From Macrostomum lignano (lineage: Eukaryota), in NCBI GenBank assembly GCA_002269645.1, contig NIVC01000434.1, forward strand, positions 434,001 to 498,000: a DNA stretch of 64,000 bases, given 5' to 3'. Numbering within the stretch: position 1 is the first letter of the stretch; every line of letters begins with the position of its first letter. This document shows positions 24,801 through 35,104 of the stretch, piece after piece. Both the position numbers and the translations under genes were made by a program. The notes below the pieces were generated by a model, which saw only the letters and a list, made by a program, of their open reading frames with translations, had not been told where the DNA came from and ran no database searches.

Positions 24801-27295
24801 AAGTAAGCGTCATGCCAATTTTAAAGGAGCCACTATAGAGCTAAGGAAATTGTTGAACTATAGCTACTTATTGTCTGGTGGATGCTTACTATTTGGGGAT
24901 GCTTGCTATCTGGGGGATGCTTGCTATCTGGGAGGGGAGATGCTTCCTATCTGGGGGATGCTTGCTTTTTGGGGGATGCTTGCTATCTGGGGGATGCTTG
25001 CTATCTGGGGGAATATTAAAGAGCCACTATGTCGAACATTAAAGAGCCACCATGTCAAACATAGAAGAGCCACCATGCCAAACATAAAAGAGCCACCATG
25101 TCAAACATTAAAGAGCCACCATGCCAAAAATAAAAGAGCCGCCATGTCAAACGTAAAAGAGCCACCATGTCAAACATAAAAGAGCCACCATGTCGAACAT
25201 AAAAGAGCCACAATGTCAAACATTAAAGAGCCACCATGTCGAACAATAAAGAGCCACCATGCCAAACATAAAAGAGCCACCATGTCAAACATAAAAGAGC
25301 CACCCTATCGAACATAAAAGAGCCACCATGTAGAACATTAAAGAGCCACAATGTCAAACGTTAAAGAGCCATCATGTCAAACAATAAAGAGCCACCATGT
25401 CGAACATTAAAGAGCCACCATGTCAAACATTAAAGAGCCACAATAAGTAGAACATTATAGAGCCACAATGTCAAGCATTAAAGAGCCACCATGTAGAACA
25501 TTAAAGAGCCACCATGTAGAGCATTAAAGAGCCACAATATAGAGCATTAAAGAGCCACCATGTAGAACGTTAAAGAGCCACCATTTCTAACATTAAAAAG
25601 GCACAATTTCGAACAATAAAGAGCCACCATGTCGAACATTAAAGAGCCACAATGTCTAACAGTAAAGAGCTACCATGTCGAACATTAAAGAGCCATCATG
25701 TCAAACAATAAAGAGCCACCATGTTGAACATTAAAGAGCCACCATGTCGAACATTAAAGAGCCACAATGTAGAACATTAAAGAGCCACAATGTCAAATAT
25801 TAAAGAGCACAATGTAGAACATTAAAGAGCCACAATGTAGAACATTAAAGAACCACCATGTAGAACATTAAAGAGCCACCATGTCAAACATTAAAGAGCA
25901 ACAATGTAGAAAATTAAAGAGCCACAATGTAGAACATTAAAGAGCCACAATGTCAAGCATTAAAGAGACACCATGTCAAACATAAAAGAGCCACCATGTC
26001 AAACATCAAAGAGCCACCATGTCGAACATTAAAGAGCCACATTGTCAAAAATTAAAGAGCCACCATGTCAAACATCAAAGAGCCACCATGTCGACCATAT
26101 ACGTGATTCCATGTCGAACATTAAAGCGTCACTATATCAAAAATTAGAGAGCCACCATGTCAAACATCAAAGAGCCACCATGTCAAACATTAGAGCCACA
26201 ATGTCAAAAATTAAAAAGCCACCATGTCAAACATAAAAGAGCCACCATGTCAAACATAAAAGAGCCACTATATCAAACATTAAAGAGCCACCATTTCAAA
26301 CATAAAAGAACCATCATGTCAAACAGAAAAGAGCCACCATGTCAAACATTAAAGAGCTACCATGTCGAACATTAAAAAACCACCATGTAAAACATAAAAG
26401 AGCCACCATGTCATACATTAAAGAGCCATCGTGTCGAACATTATGGAGCCACCATGTCGAACATTAAAGAGCCACCATGTCAAATATTAAAGAGCCACCA
26501 TGTCAAACATTCGAGCCACCATGTCGAACATTAAAGAGCCACAACGTCAAAAATTAAAGAGCCATCGTGTCGAACATTAAGGAGCCAGCATGTCGAACAT
26601 TAAAGAGCCACCATGTCAAAGATTAAAGAGCCACCATTTCAAACATAAAAGAGCCACTATGTAAAACATATATGACTCTATATCAAACATATACGTGACT
26701 TCATGTCGAACATTATAGAGCCACCATGTCAAACATATAAGAGACTTTATTTCAAACATAAAAGAGCCACCATGTTGAACATTATAGAGCTACCATGTCA
26801 AACATTAAAGAGCCACCATATCAAACATTAAAGTGCCATCGTGTCGAACATTAAAGAGCCACCATGTCGAACCTTAAAGAGCCACCATGTCAAACATAAA
26901 AGAGCCACCATGTCAAACATTCGAGCCACCATGTCGAACATTAAAGAGCCACAACGTCAAACATTAAAGAGCCACCATGTCGAACATTAAAGAGCCACCA
27001 TGTCAAACATATAAGAGACTTTATTTCAAACATAAAAGACCCACCATGTTGAACATTTAAGGGCTACCATGTCAAACATTAAAGAGCCACCATATCAAAC
27101 ATTAACGTGCCATCGTGTCGAACATTAAAGAGCCACCATGTTGAACATAAAGGAGCCACTATGTCGAACATAAAAGAGCCACCATGTTGAAAATTAAAGA
27201 GCCAACCTGTAAAACATTGAAAAGATTCACCATGTCAAACATATAAGTGACTTCATTTCAAACATAAAAGAGCCACCATGTCAAACATAAAATAT
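18835..27295. repeat. 23-bp tandem array (AAAGAGCCACCATGTCAAACATT)n, roughly 340-350 units
   Basis: Visible directly. Interrupted at ~24082-24312 and ~24781-25011 by a spacer+GGGATGCTTGCTATCT cassette. The unit count is an estimate from length. Confidence 0.95.
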
Positions 27296-27380
27296 ACACA
27301 ATTTCAAACGTAAAAGTGAGCGAATTTTAAAGGAGCCACTATAATGCTAAGGAAATTGTCGCACTAGCTACTTATTTTCT

Positions 27381-27680
27381 GGTGGATGCTAGCTATTTGG
27401 GGATGCTATCTATCTGGGGGATGCTTGCTATCTTGTATCTTGGGGATGCTTGCTATCTGGGGGATGCTTGCTATCTGGGGGATGCTTGCTATCTGGGGAT
27501 GCTTGCTATCCGGGGGATGCTTGCAATCTGGGGGATGCTTGCTATCTGGGGTATGCTTGCTATCTGGGGATGCTTGCTATTTGGGTGATGCTTGCTATCT
27601 GGGGGATGCTTGCTATCCGGGGGATGCTTGCAATCTGGTGGATGCTTGCTATCTGGGGGATGCTTGCTGTCTTGGGATGA
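27381..27680. repeat. 17-18-bp tandem array (GGGGATGCTTGCTATCTG)n
   Basis: Visible directly. The same unit occurs at 24195-24312, 24895-25011 and 29495-29705. Confidence 0.92.
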
Positions 27681-28367
27681 TTTCTTTTTGCATTGCACTT
27701 CATTTGAGTAGTTTGTCTGTTTTCTTTGTGAAAGCTTTATTTGGCTATTTTCTTATTACTTGTAGAGAACAGAGATTCTATACAGATGTCCCCCAACGGG
27801 GGGCGAAGATTGCTAGTCCATATACTAAAAATGGTCTGTCGGTATGTGTGTGTGTGTATGTGTGTGTGTGTGATCGATTTTAGCAAAAACGGCTCAACCG
27901 ATTTTCTTCGAACTTGCACTGTTCGATCAGAAATTTTCCCGTGACAGAACATGCATCGTGGCTAAGAAATTGCTCGATGCTAAAGGGATTAAATATTCGA
28001 AAAACATGCTTTTTTGCAAAGGTCAAGCAGCTATTTCGACTTGAAACGCACTGTAAAAATGCTAGAGAAAAAACTGACTGGTTGAATTCTGATTCTGAAA
28101 TAGATTGCATCACAATACACTTTATTTATCGTCTGTGTACTGGCTGAATTTGACACTCAATTGAATTGCGTCACAGCTTTGAGTGTGAAAGTATAGTGCA
28201 GTACTGAATTTATATTACGTAACCATATTGTTAGCTTTCATAGACACTGGTACTGACTTGCCTAAGAAATTGATTATGTCATAACTGCTTCGCGTGACTT
28301 TTTACTCTACCTGACTTGGTGTGAGTGTTGAATTATATAAGTGGTACAAATTCACTGATAACTTCGA

Positions 28368-28450
28368 TGAGAGCTAGCCTAGAGCTGAACAGACCAGACT
28401 GCTAATGCAGCGACCTGGGTTCGAATCTAAGTAGTAGTGTAAAATTTTTT
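28368..28450 (+). ncRNA. tRNA-like Pol III module 1 in Helitron B
   Basis: TAGCCTAGAGC (28375), CT-GCT-AA, GGTTCGAATC (28418-28427), T6 run (28445-28450). Confidence 0.6.
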
Positions 28451-28486
28451 ATTAAAAGCTTTTATTAAAGGACTAAATAAAAACAC

Positions 28487-29465
28487 TTAGATTACTGCAC
28501 TCGATAAGCTAAGGATTATTGCTTTTGGCAAACCAAGGAATACTGCACTCGATAAGCCAAGGATTATTGCTATTAATAAACCAAGGATTACTGCACTCAA
28601 TAAACCAAGGACTATTGCTCTTGGCAAACCAAGGATTACTGCACTCGATAAGCCATGGATTATTGCTATTAATAAACCAAGGATTACTGCACTCGATAAG
28701 CCAAGGATTATTGCTATTAATAAACCAAGGATTACTGCACTCGATAAGCCAAGGATTATTGTAAACCAAGGATTACTGCACTCGATAAACCAAGGATTAT
28801 TGCTATTAATAAACCAAGGATTATGCACTTGGCAAACTAAGGATTACTGCACTCGATAAGCCAAGGATTATTGCTATTAATAAACCAAGGATTACTGCAC
28901 TCAATAAACCAAGGACTATTGCTCTTGGCAAACCAAAAATTACTGCACTTGATTAATCAAGGATTATTGCTATTAATAAACCAAGGATTACTGCACTCGA
29001 TAAGCCAAGGATTATTGCTATTAATAAACCAAGGATTACTGCACTCGATAAGCCAAGGATTATTGCTATTAATAAACCAAGGATTACTGCACTCGATAAG
29101 CCAAGGATTATTGCTATTAATAAACCAAGGATTACTGCACTCGATAAGCCAAGGATTATTGCTATTAATAAACCAAGGATTACTGCACTTGGCAAACCAA
29201 GGATTACTGCACTCGATAAGCCAAGGATTATTGCTATTAATAAACCATGAATTACTGCACTCAATAAACCAAGGACTATTGCTCTTGGCAAACCAAGGAT
29301 TACTGCACTTGATTTATCAAGGATTATTGCTATTAATAAACCAAGGATTACTTACTGCACTTGGCAAACCAAGAATTACTGCACTCGATAAGCCATGGAT
29401 TATTGCTATTAATAAACCAAGGATTACTGCACTCGATAGCCAAGGATTACTGCGCTTGATAAGCT
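28487..29465. repeat. 24-bp array with 48-bp higher-order dimer (CCAAGGATTACTGCACTCGATAAG / CCAAGGATTATTGCTATTAATAAA)
   Basis: Visible directly as alternating variants. Confidence 0.93.
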
Positions 29466-29494
29466 TGGCTACATGTATAGGATTATTTCTATCC

Positions 29495-29705
29495 AGGGAT
29501 GCTTGCTATTTAGGGATTCTTGCTATGTGCAGGATGCTTGCTATCTGGAAGGATGCTTCTACATTATTTGGGGTATGCTTGCTATCTGCAAGATGCTTGC
29601 TATCTGCAAGATGCTTGCTATCTGCAAGATGCTTGCTATCTGGGTGGATGCTTGCTAGGAGTATTAGGGGATGCTTGCTACTGGGGGGATGCTTGCTGTC
29701 TTGGG
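29495..29705. repeat. Degenerate (GATGCTTGCTATCTG)n array
   Basis: Same core as 27381-27680. Confidence 0.85.
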
Positions 29706-29740
29706 AATATTTTCTATTTAGGGGTAATGACTAAAATTCA

Positions 29741-29822
29741 TGAGAGCTAGCCTAGAGGTAAACAGACTAAACTGCTAAATGCAGGGACGATGGTTCGATT
29801 TTTTAGAGAGTAGAGTTTTTTT
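29741..29822 (+). ncRNA. tRNA-like Pol III module 2 in Helitron B (more degenerate)
   Basis: TAGCCTAGAGG (29748), CT-GCT-AA, GGTTCGATTT (29792), T run 29816-29822. Confidence 0.5.
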
Positions 29823-29857
29823 AATTAAAGCTTTTTAACGCCAAGACAAAAACATTA

Positions 29858-30560
29858 TGGAAGCGTCATGTAAACAATCATACAAGCGTCATGTAAACAA
29901 TCATAGAAGCATCATGTAAACAATCATAGAAGCGTCATGTAAAAATCATAGAAGCGTCATGTAAAAATCATAGAAGCGTAATGTAAACAATCATAGAAGC
30001 GTCATGTTAAAATCATAGAAGCGTCATGTAAACAATCATAGAAGCGTCATGTAAAAAATCATAGAAGCGTCATGTAAAAATCATAGAAGCGTCATAAAAA
30101 AATCATAGAAGCGTCATGCAAGCAATCATAGAAGCGTAATGTAAACAATCATAGAAGCGTCATGTTAAAATCATACAAGCGTCATGTAAACAATCATACA
30201 AGCGTCATGTAAAAAATCATAGAAGCGTCATGTAAAAAAATCATAGAAGCGTCATGTTAAAATCATAAAAGCGTCATAAAAAATCATAGAAGCGTCATGT
30301 AAACAATCATAGAAGCGTCATGTAAAAATCATAGAAGCGTCATGTAAACAATCATAGAAGCGTCATGTAAACAATCATAGAAGCGTAATGTAAACAATCA
30401 TAGAAGCGTCATGTAAAAAATCATAGAAGCGTCATGTAAAAATCATAGAAGCGTAATGTAAACAATCATAGAAGCGTCATGTTAAAATCATAGAAGCGTC
30501 ATGTAAACAAGCATAGAAGCGTCATGTTAACATAGAAGCGTCATGAAAAAATTATAGAAG
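29858..30560. repeat. 22-24-bp tandem array (ATCATAGAAGCGTCATGTAAACA)n, about 30 units
   Basis: Visible directly. Confidence 0.93.
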
Positions 30561-31510
30561 CCTCATATAAAAACTAACGGAAGTGTCATTTAAAAAATGA
30601 AGAAGCATCATGGAAGAATAAAAGAAGCGTAACGTAAAAATCAAAAGAAGCGTCATGTCAGACATGAAAGAAGTGTCATGTAAAAATTAAATGAAGCTAT
30701 TGTGCTGTGCTGGGGAGAATCACTGAGACGTCAAGGCTCACAGAGAATAACTGAGATTACAGGGGGGTTTCTGAGATGTTAAAGCAAAAGTCAGAAGCTA
30801 CTTCAAAGTACATGTACTTTACTTAAGTTTTTTTATTGCATTCTTTGTTGGCTTGCCACGGTGGGGGGGGGCGCTGATAGAAGAAGAGTCATGTAAAAAT
30901 AAAAGGAGCACTATGTATACATAAAATAAAAGTCATGTCAAAGTTAAAAGATTCATTTGGGAATTGCTACGATGTCAAAGCTTGGAGGGAATCGTTATAG
31001 TGCTGTGATTCTTAAAGAAGGAATCACTTAAATGCCAAGGCTTAGGGAAGAAGAATTGCTGTGATTTCAAGGCTTTAGGTTGGGTGAAAGTTAGGTTTAC
31101 GTCAGGTTTGGGTTGAGGGTTAGATTTTAGCGCGTTTCAAGGTTAACAGGGGATTTTTTAGATTTCAAGGTTTATGGGGGGCATCGCTGACATGTCAAGG
31201 CTTACGAGGGGAATCTATCTATCTATCTATCTATAGCTGAGATGTCAAGGCTCACGGGGGAATAAATGAGATGTCAAGGCTAATGTCAGAAGCTACATGT
31301 AGTTTATTGGAAAAAAGTTATTACATTATTTGTTGGCTCCTCATGGGAGGGATCGCTGATAGAAAAAGCGTAATGTAAAAAAAAGGAGCTTCATGTCAAA
31401 GTTAAGAGATTAATTTGGGAATCCCTACGATGTCGAGGCTTGCAGGGAATCGCTATAATGCTGTAGTAGTGCTATAGACTCTTAGAGAGAATTACTGAAA
31501 TTTCAATGCT

Positions 31511-31538
31511 TTAGGGTTAGGGTTAGGGTTAGGGTTAG
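31511..31538 (+). repeat. Interstitial telomeric tract (TTAGGG)4+TTAG
   Basis: ttagggttagggttagggttagggttag. Confidence 0.85.
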
Positions 31539-31950
31539 AAAGTAGACAGATTTTTTAAGATTTCAAGGCTTATGGGAGCATTGCTGAGATGTCAAGGGGG
31601 GAGTTGATATGTTAAGGCTTGTGGGGGGGGATTGCTGACATGTCAAGGCTTACAAGGGTACTGGTAGCGTACTGAAGCATACTGGTAGAAGTAGCTCTGA
31701 AAGAAGGCAAGTATGGTTGAATTTCAATGTCTGTTATAAAATTCTGCACAAACATGTTTTATTGGTACATAAGCCTGGAATTAAAATGAGAATTCGATTC
31801 CTAGCCCCCCTCCCTAAGAATTTTTTTTTCATTTTAAAGGATTCGTCCCTTGCTTATTGGCCACCCCGAAGGGGGGCGCTAGATTGCTAGTCTAAACACT
31901 AAACTCTGAACACAACTAAACTTAAGCAGACGCCTAATCAGAACACCTAC

Positions 31951-32312
31951 CGTTGAAGTAGTCCAACAGACTCAGCAAGCACGAGTGGTCCAGCTGTCTC
32001 AGAGAGAGCAGTTCCCGGTTTTCCCGCCCGCTAGCCTGCAGGTCCCGCCCAGTCTGCCTGCTGATTTGCTTCAGCACCTTCAGGCGCGAGTCCGGACCGT
32101 GGCCGCCTCGATTGCAGCGCATGTCCCGCACAAGCAGGGCAAGTCCGTGCGCACCGCTGCCCAGCTGACCGAGATTCTTGTAGCGGCCGGCGATCAATCT
32201 GCTGCTGCTGCCGCTGCTGCGGCCGGAGCGATCCTCGGCGTCGTCTGCTGACAGATCGTCGTCAGACGCGTCATCTGCTTCTGCTCTGCGCCTCCGCCGC
32301 CTGCCTGGGGCG
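31951..32312 (-). CDS. NEK11: Ankyrin-NEK11-like kinase, exon 3 (linker + kinase N-lobe)
   Basis: Acceptor aatttAG at 32314-32313 (phase 2). Contains RYKNLGQLGSGAHG, LKVLKQIS and LRQLDH. Donor G|GTAGGT at 31950 (phase 1) joins 17842 as GAT. Confidence 0.88.
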
Positions 32313-32422
32313 CTAAATTAATATTTAGCAAAATGGACTGGGTCTGTTATAAACTAATTCAGAAGGGTAAATATATGCTATAAGTTATATGCTGCATTTT
32401 TATCAAATAACACTAGCGCTAG

Positions 32423-32820
32423 AAGAGGGAGGAGAGGGAGAAGAGGGAGAGGAGAGGGGAGGAGAGGAGAGAAGATGGAAGGGAGGGGAGGAGAGGGAGG
32501 AGGAGAGAAGAGGGAAGAGAGGGGAGGAGATGTAGGAGAGACTACGTTTACTTTTTGGTCTATACGATTGCAAAATAAAATTTTTCGGTATACAAGCTGT
32601 TGTTTGGATCTTTGCATCTAAATTTACGAGCGTAAGTTTCGATTTGCTGCTAAGAAGCTTCTACTTAATAGTTCATTTCAAATTTTGACTCTTGGTCGCG
32701 ACTTTTCAGCCAAGTTTCTGATGGCAAAAAATGAATCCAGATGAGAGGAGAAAAGATGAGGGAGAGTAGAGAGGATAAAAGAGAAGATGGAGAGAGGAGT
32801 GGGGAGATGAGAGAGAAGAG
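32423..32820. repeat. Two GA-rich polypurine tracts (32423-32540, 32740-32820)
   Basis: Low-complexity gagaggagaggga runs in intron 2 of the kinase gene. Confidence 0.75.
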
Positions 32821-32896
32821 GCGCACACCGCATCGACTTTAAATTAAATTTTTAAACACTAAAATTCTGCTCTACTAAATTCCACTAAAACTTTAC

Positions 32897-33358
32897 CTCC
32901 TCCGCTCGGAAAGCGCTTCAATGATTCGGCGCTTGTATCCACCTTCAGTGGGTCTACCGCTTTGCTCGTCCCTCAGCTGCCAAGCCAGATCCAACGGCGT
33001 GAAACCTCTGCCATTCATGTGTCCGGTTTGAGCACCAAACTCAACTAGCATTTTCACGGCTTCATCTTGTCTAGCAGCCACAGCTAAGGTCAGTGCCGTC
33101 TCCCTGTCCTCGTGAGTCTCAAGTTCCATGTCGGGTCCTTTCATCAACAGTTGATCCATGGCACTGATGAGTCCGTTTTGAGCAGCAATCATCAGAGCAG
33201 ACCAACCTGCGTTGTTCTGAGCATTGTAGTGGCATTTCTCGTGATTGAGTAGTTCTTCAGCCACGTCTTCGTGACCGCCGGTCAGTGCCAGCATCAGCGG
33301 TGTGTCGTCTGTGCCTTCCTGAGGCGTATTAACCCGACAGTCGTATTCGATGAGTAGA
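32897..33358 (-). CDS. NEK11: Ankyrin-NEK11-like kinase, exon 2 (about four ankyrin repeats)
   Basis: Contains DTPLMLA, WSALMIAA, ETALTLAV and FTPLDLA. Acceptor ttttAG at 33360-33359 and donor AG|GTAAAG at 32896, both phase 2. Confidence 0.85.
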
Positions 33359-33725
33359 CTAAAATGTAAATTATGAGCGGAATGTATTTGTATAGGGTAC
33401 AAGTTGAAAAGAGACTGATTTAATGAATACTTTTGAGATGACTAGGCTCAGGGGGGGGGGGTTTAGATGCCATGGCTCACAGGAAATCGCTGAGATGCCA
33501 AGGTTCAATGGGATTTGCCGAGACGATAAGGCTTAAGGAGAGTTGCGGAGATGCCAAGGCTCACACGATAAATTGCTTGCCGAAATGCCAAGGATCCATT
33601 ATGAGTTGCTGGTAGGCCAAGCATCGAATTGAGAGTTAGGATTAGGGTATAGGGTTGTTAAAACATTTTGCGTATAACTAAGAAATAATCCACCATTTCT
33701 TTTTCTTCCCAACGGGGTACAAGAT

Positions 33726-33908
33726 AGCTATAGCCTAGGGGCTGAACCTCAAATGCAGCATTCTCGGGATTCTTGCAAAAAAAACTAAAGCTATAGCCTA
33801 GGGGCTGAACCTCAAATGCAGCATTCTCGGGATTCTTGCAAAAAAAACTAAAGCTATAGCCTAGGGGCTGAACCTCAAATGCAGCATTCTCATAATTCTT
33901 GCAAAAAA
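33726..33908. repeat. 63-bp tandem repeat, about 2.9 copies
   Basis: gctatagcctaggggctgaacctcaaatgcagc starts at 33727, 33790 and 33853. Confidence 0.9.
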
Positions 33909-34102
33909 ACTATCAGGCATAAGGTCAGCATTCTTATACACTTCATATACATGAAAACAAGTTCTCAACTGAGTGATTTATTCATTGTTCGGGCTTAACA
34001 CATCCTACCCGATCTAAAAGATCCTGTAACGATACTGTAAAAGATTCTCGTACGGGAGTGGCCAACGCGATCATGTTGAAGAGACGAATTGATGAATTTC
34101 AC

Positions 34103-34290
34103 CTGACAATGTTGCGCTGACCATTTCTAGAAGCGGCATGTAGCAATGTGCTGCGTCGACCGGCGGAATCAATGGCCACAGCATTCGAAGCAGATTGACT
34201 GGTGTTTACGAAACTTCTCACAGCATCATAGTCACCACGCTCTGCCGCAGAAATAGGCACAGAAGAAGCAGATGATCTAGCGGCAGCCAT
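34103..34290 (-). CDS. NEK11: Ankyrin-NEK11-like kinase, exon 1 (start; first ankyrin repeat)
   Basis: aaaATGG start at 34290. Contains AAERGDYDAVR and TLLHAASRNGQRNIV. Donor AG|GTGAAA at 34102 (phase 2). The six exons total 2061 nt = 686 aa + stop. Confidence 0.82.
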
Positions 34291-35104
34291 TTTAAGATTA
34301 GAATCGCGATAGACTTTTAGATGTGGCTGATGATGTGGCTAATCTAGGCTCTTTTAATATAGTTATGCGTGTATGCATCAGCATTTGCGCAGTGAGTTGT
34401 CGGGACTGCACAAGTTTGCTCGTGACTGCACGGTATTGTACAATAAAACCAAAAGATTGAACCTCAAGTACGTCGTTTCTCTTTCATTTTGCATTCTTCG
34501 TCTCCATTAGCATACAATGAAGACCATGACTGTACAGAATTTTTCTACACCTTTGTCTATAAGAAAAAGCGTTTACGCGTTCATTTTCATCTCTTTTGCT
34601 ATGTCTTTTAGCTCTGCCAGCTTATTCTGTATTTGGAAAGCAATGTGAAACGCATTTCAGTTGTATTCCGGCAGGCATATCCGCGTATTCATTTATATTT
34701 CTCTGTATCTCCGGCTCACTCTAAGGGGCAAATGGGCAAAGGATGTAATAAAGAGAGTCGAGGACTACCATTGTTGAGATCCTTAATATGAATCTTTTAC
34801 GCAATGACGAACAACATCAGCACGCGTCATTTTTTTTAAAATCTCAGCAAAACTCAACTCAGTCTAAATTCATATCATGTGCCTTCCTTCTCAGTCAGTT
34901 CATTTTCTTGAAATCAAGGAAACATCTGGAGAGGCTCCGTTTAATGGCATGACTAAATCATGAGGCGTTTTAATGGGACGGTGTCCATCACGCTTTTGAG
35001 ACCGCCTCTCCCCTGTCGCTGCACGAAGACATGAAAGCAGCGCATGGAAATATTTGTATACCCTACTCCAGAAGTTACTGGAGTACTCGTACATTCAGAA
35101 ACCT

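Larger units (their letters stand above)
18244..27816 (+). mobile_element. Non-autonomous Helitron-like element A (9573 bp) with internal satellite
   Basis: Starts A|TCCTATATACTAAAAATG, followed by ggctcaaccgatttt. Ends with hairpin CCCCC-AACG-GGGGG 9-10 nt before CTAG (27813-27816). No TSD and no Rep/Hel ORF. Confidence 0.78.
27817..31890 (+). mobile_element. Non-autonomous Helitron-like element B (4074 bp), head-to-tail with A
   Basis: Starts TCCATATACTAAAAATG immediately after the CTAG of A. Its 5' ~550 bp is homologous to A (27880-28440 vs 18295-18790). Ends with hairpin CCCC-GAA-GGGG then CTAG|T (31887-31891). Confidence 0.78.

Noticed and set aside
19048-26375. Many short MSNIKEPPCQTLKSHH ORFs
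   Set aside because: Translations of the 23-bp satellite with frequent stops.
28871-29734. 287-aa ORF (LLLINQGLLHSISQG)n and overlapping ORFs
   Set aside because: Artefact of the 24/48-bp tandem array (period divisible by 3). It has no domain, starts at a non-ATG codon and runs into unrelated repeats.
18835-30560. CRISPR-like appearance of short regular repeats
   Set aside because: The units are contiguous with no unique spacers, there are no cas genes, and the context is eukaryotic.
34900-35094. Possible non-LTR RT fragment (QGRGGLKSV) in an alternative frame
   Set aside because: A single short motif with nearby stops, which is insufficient.
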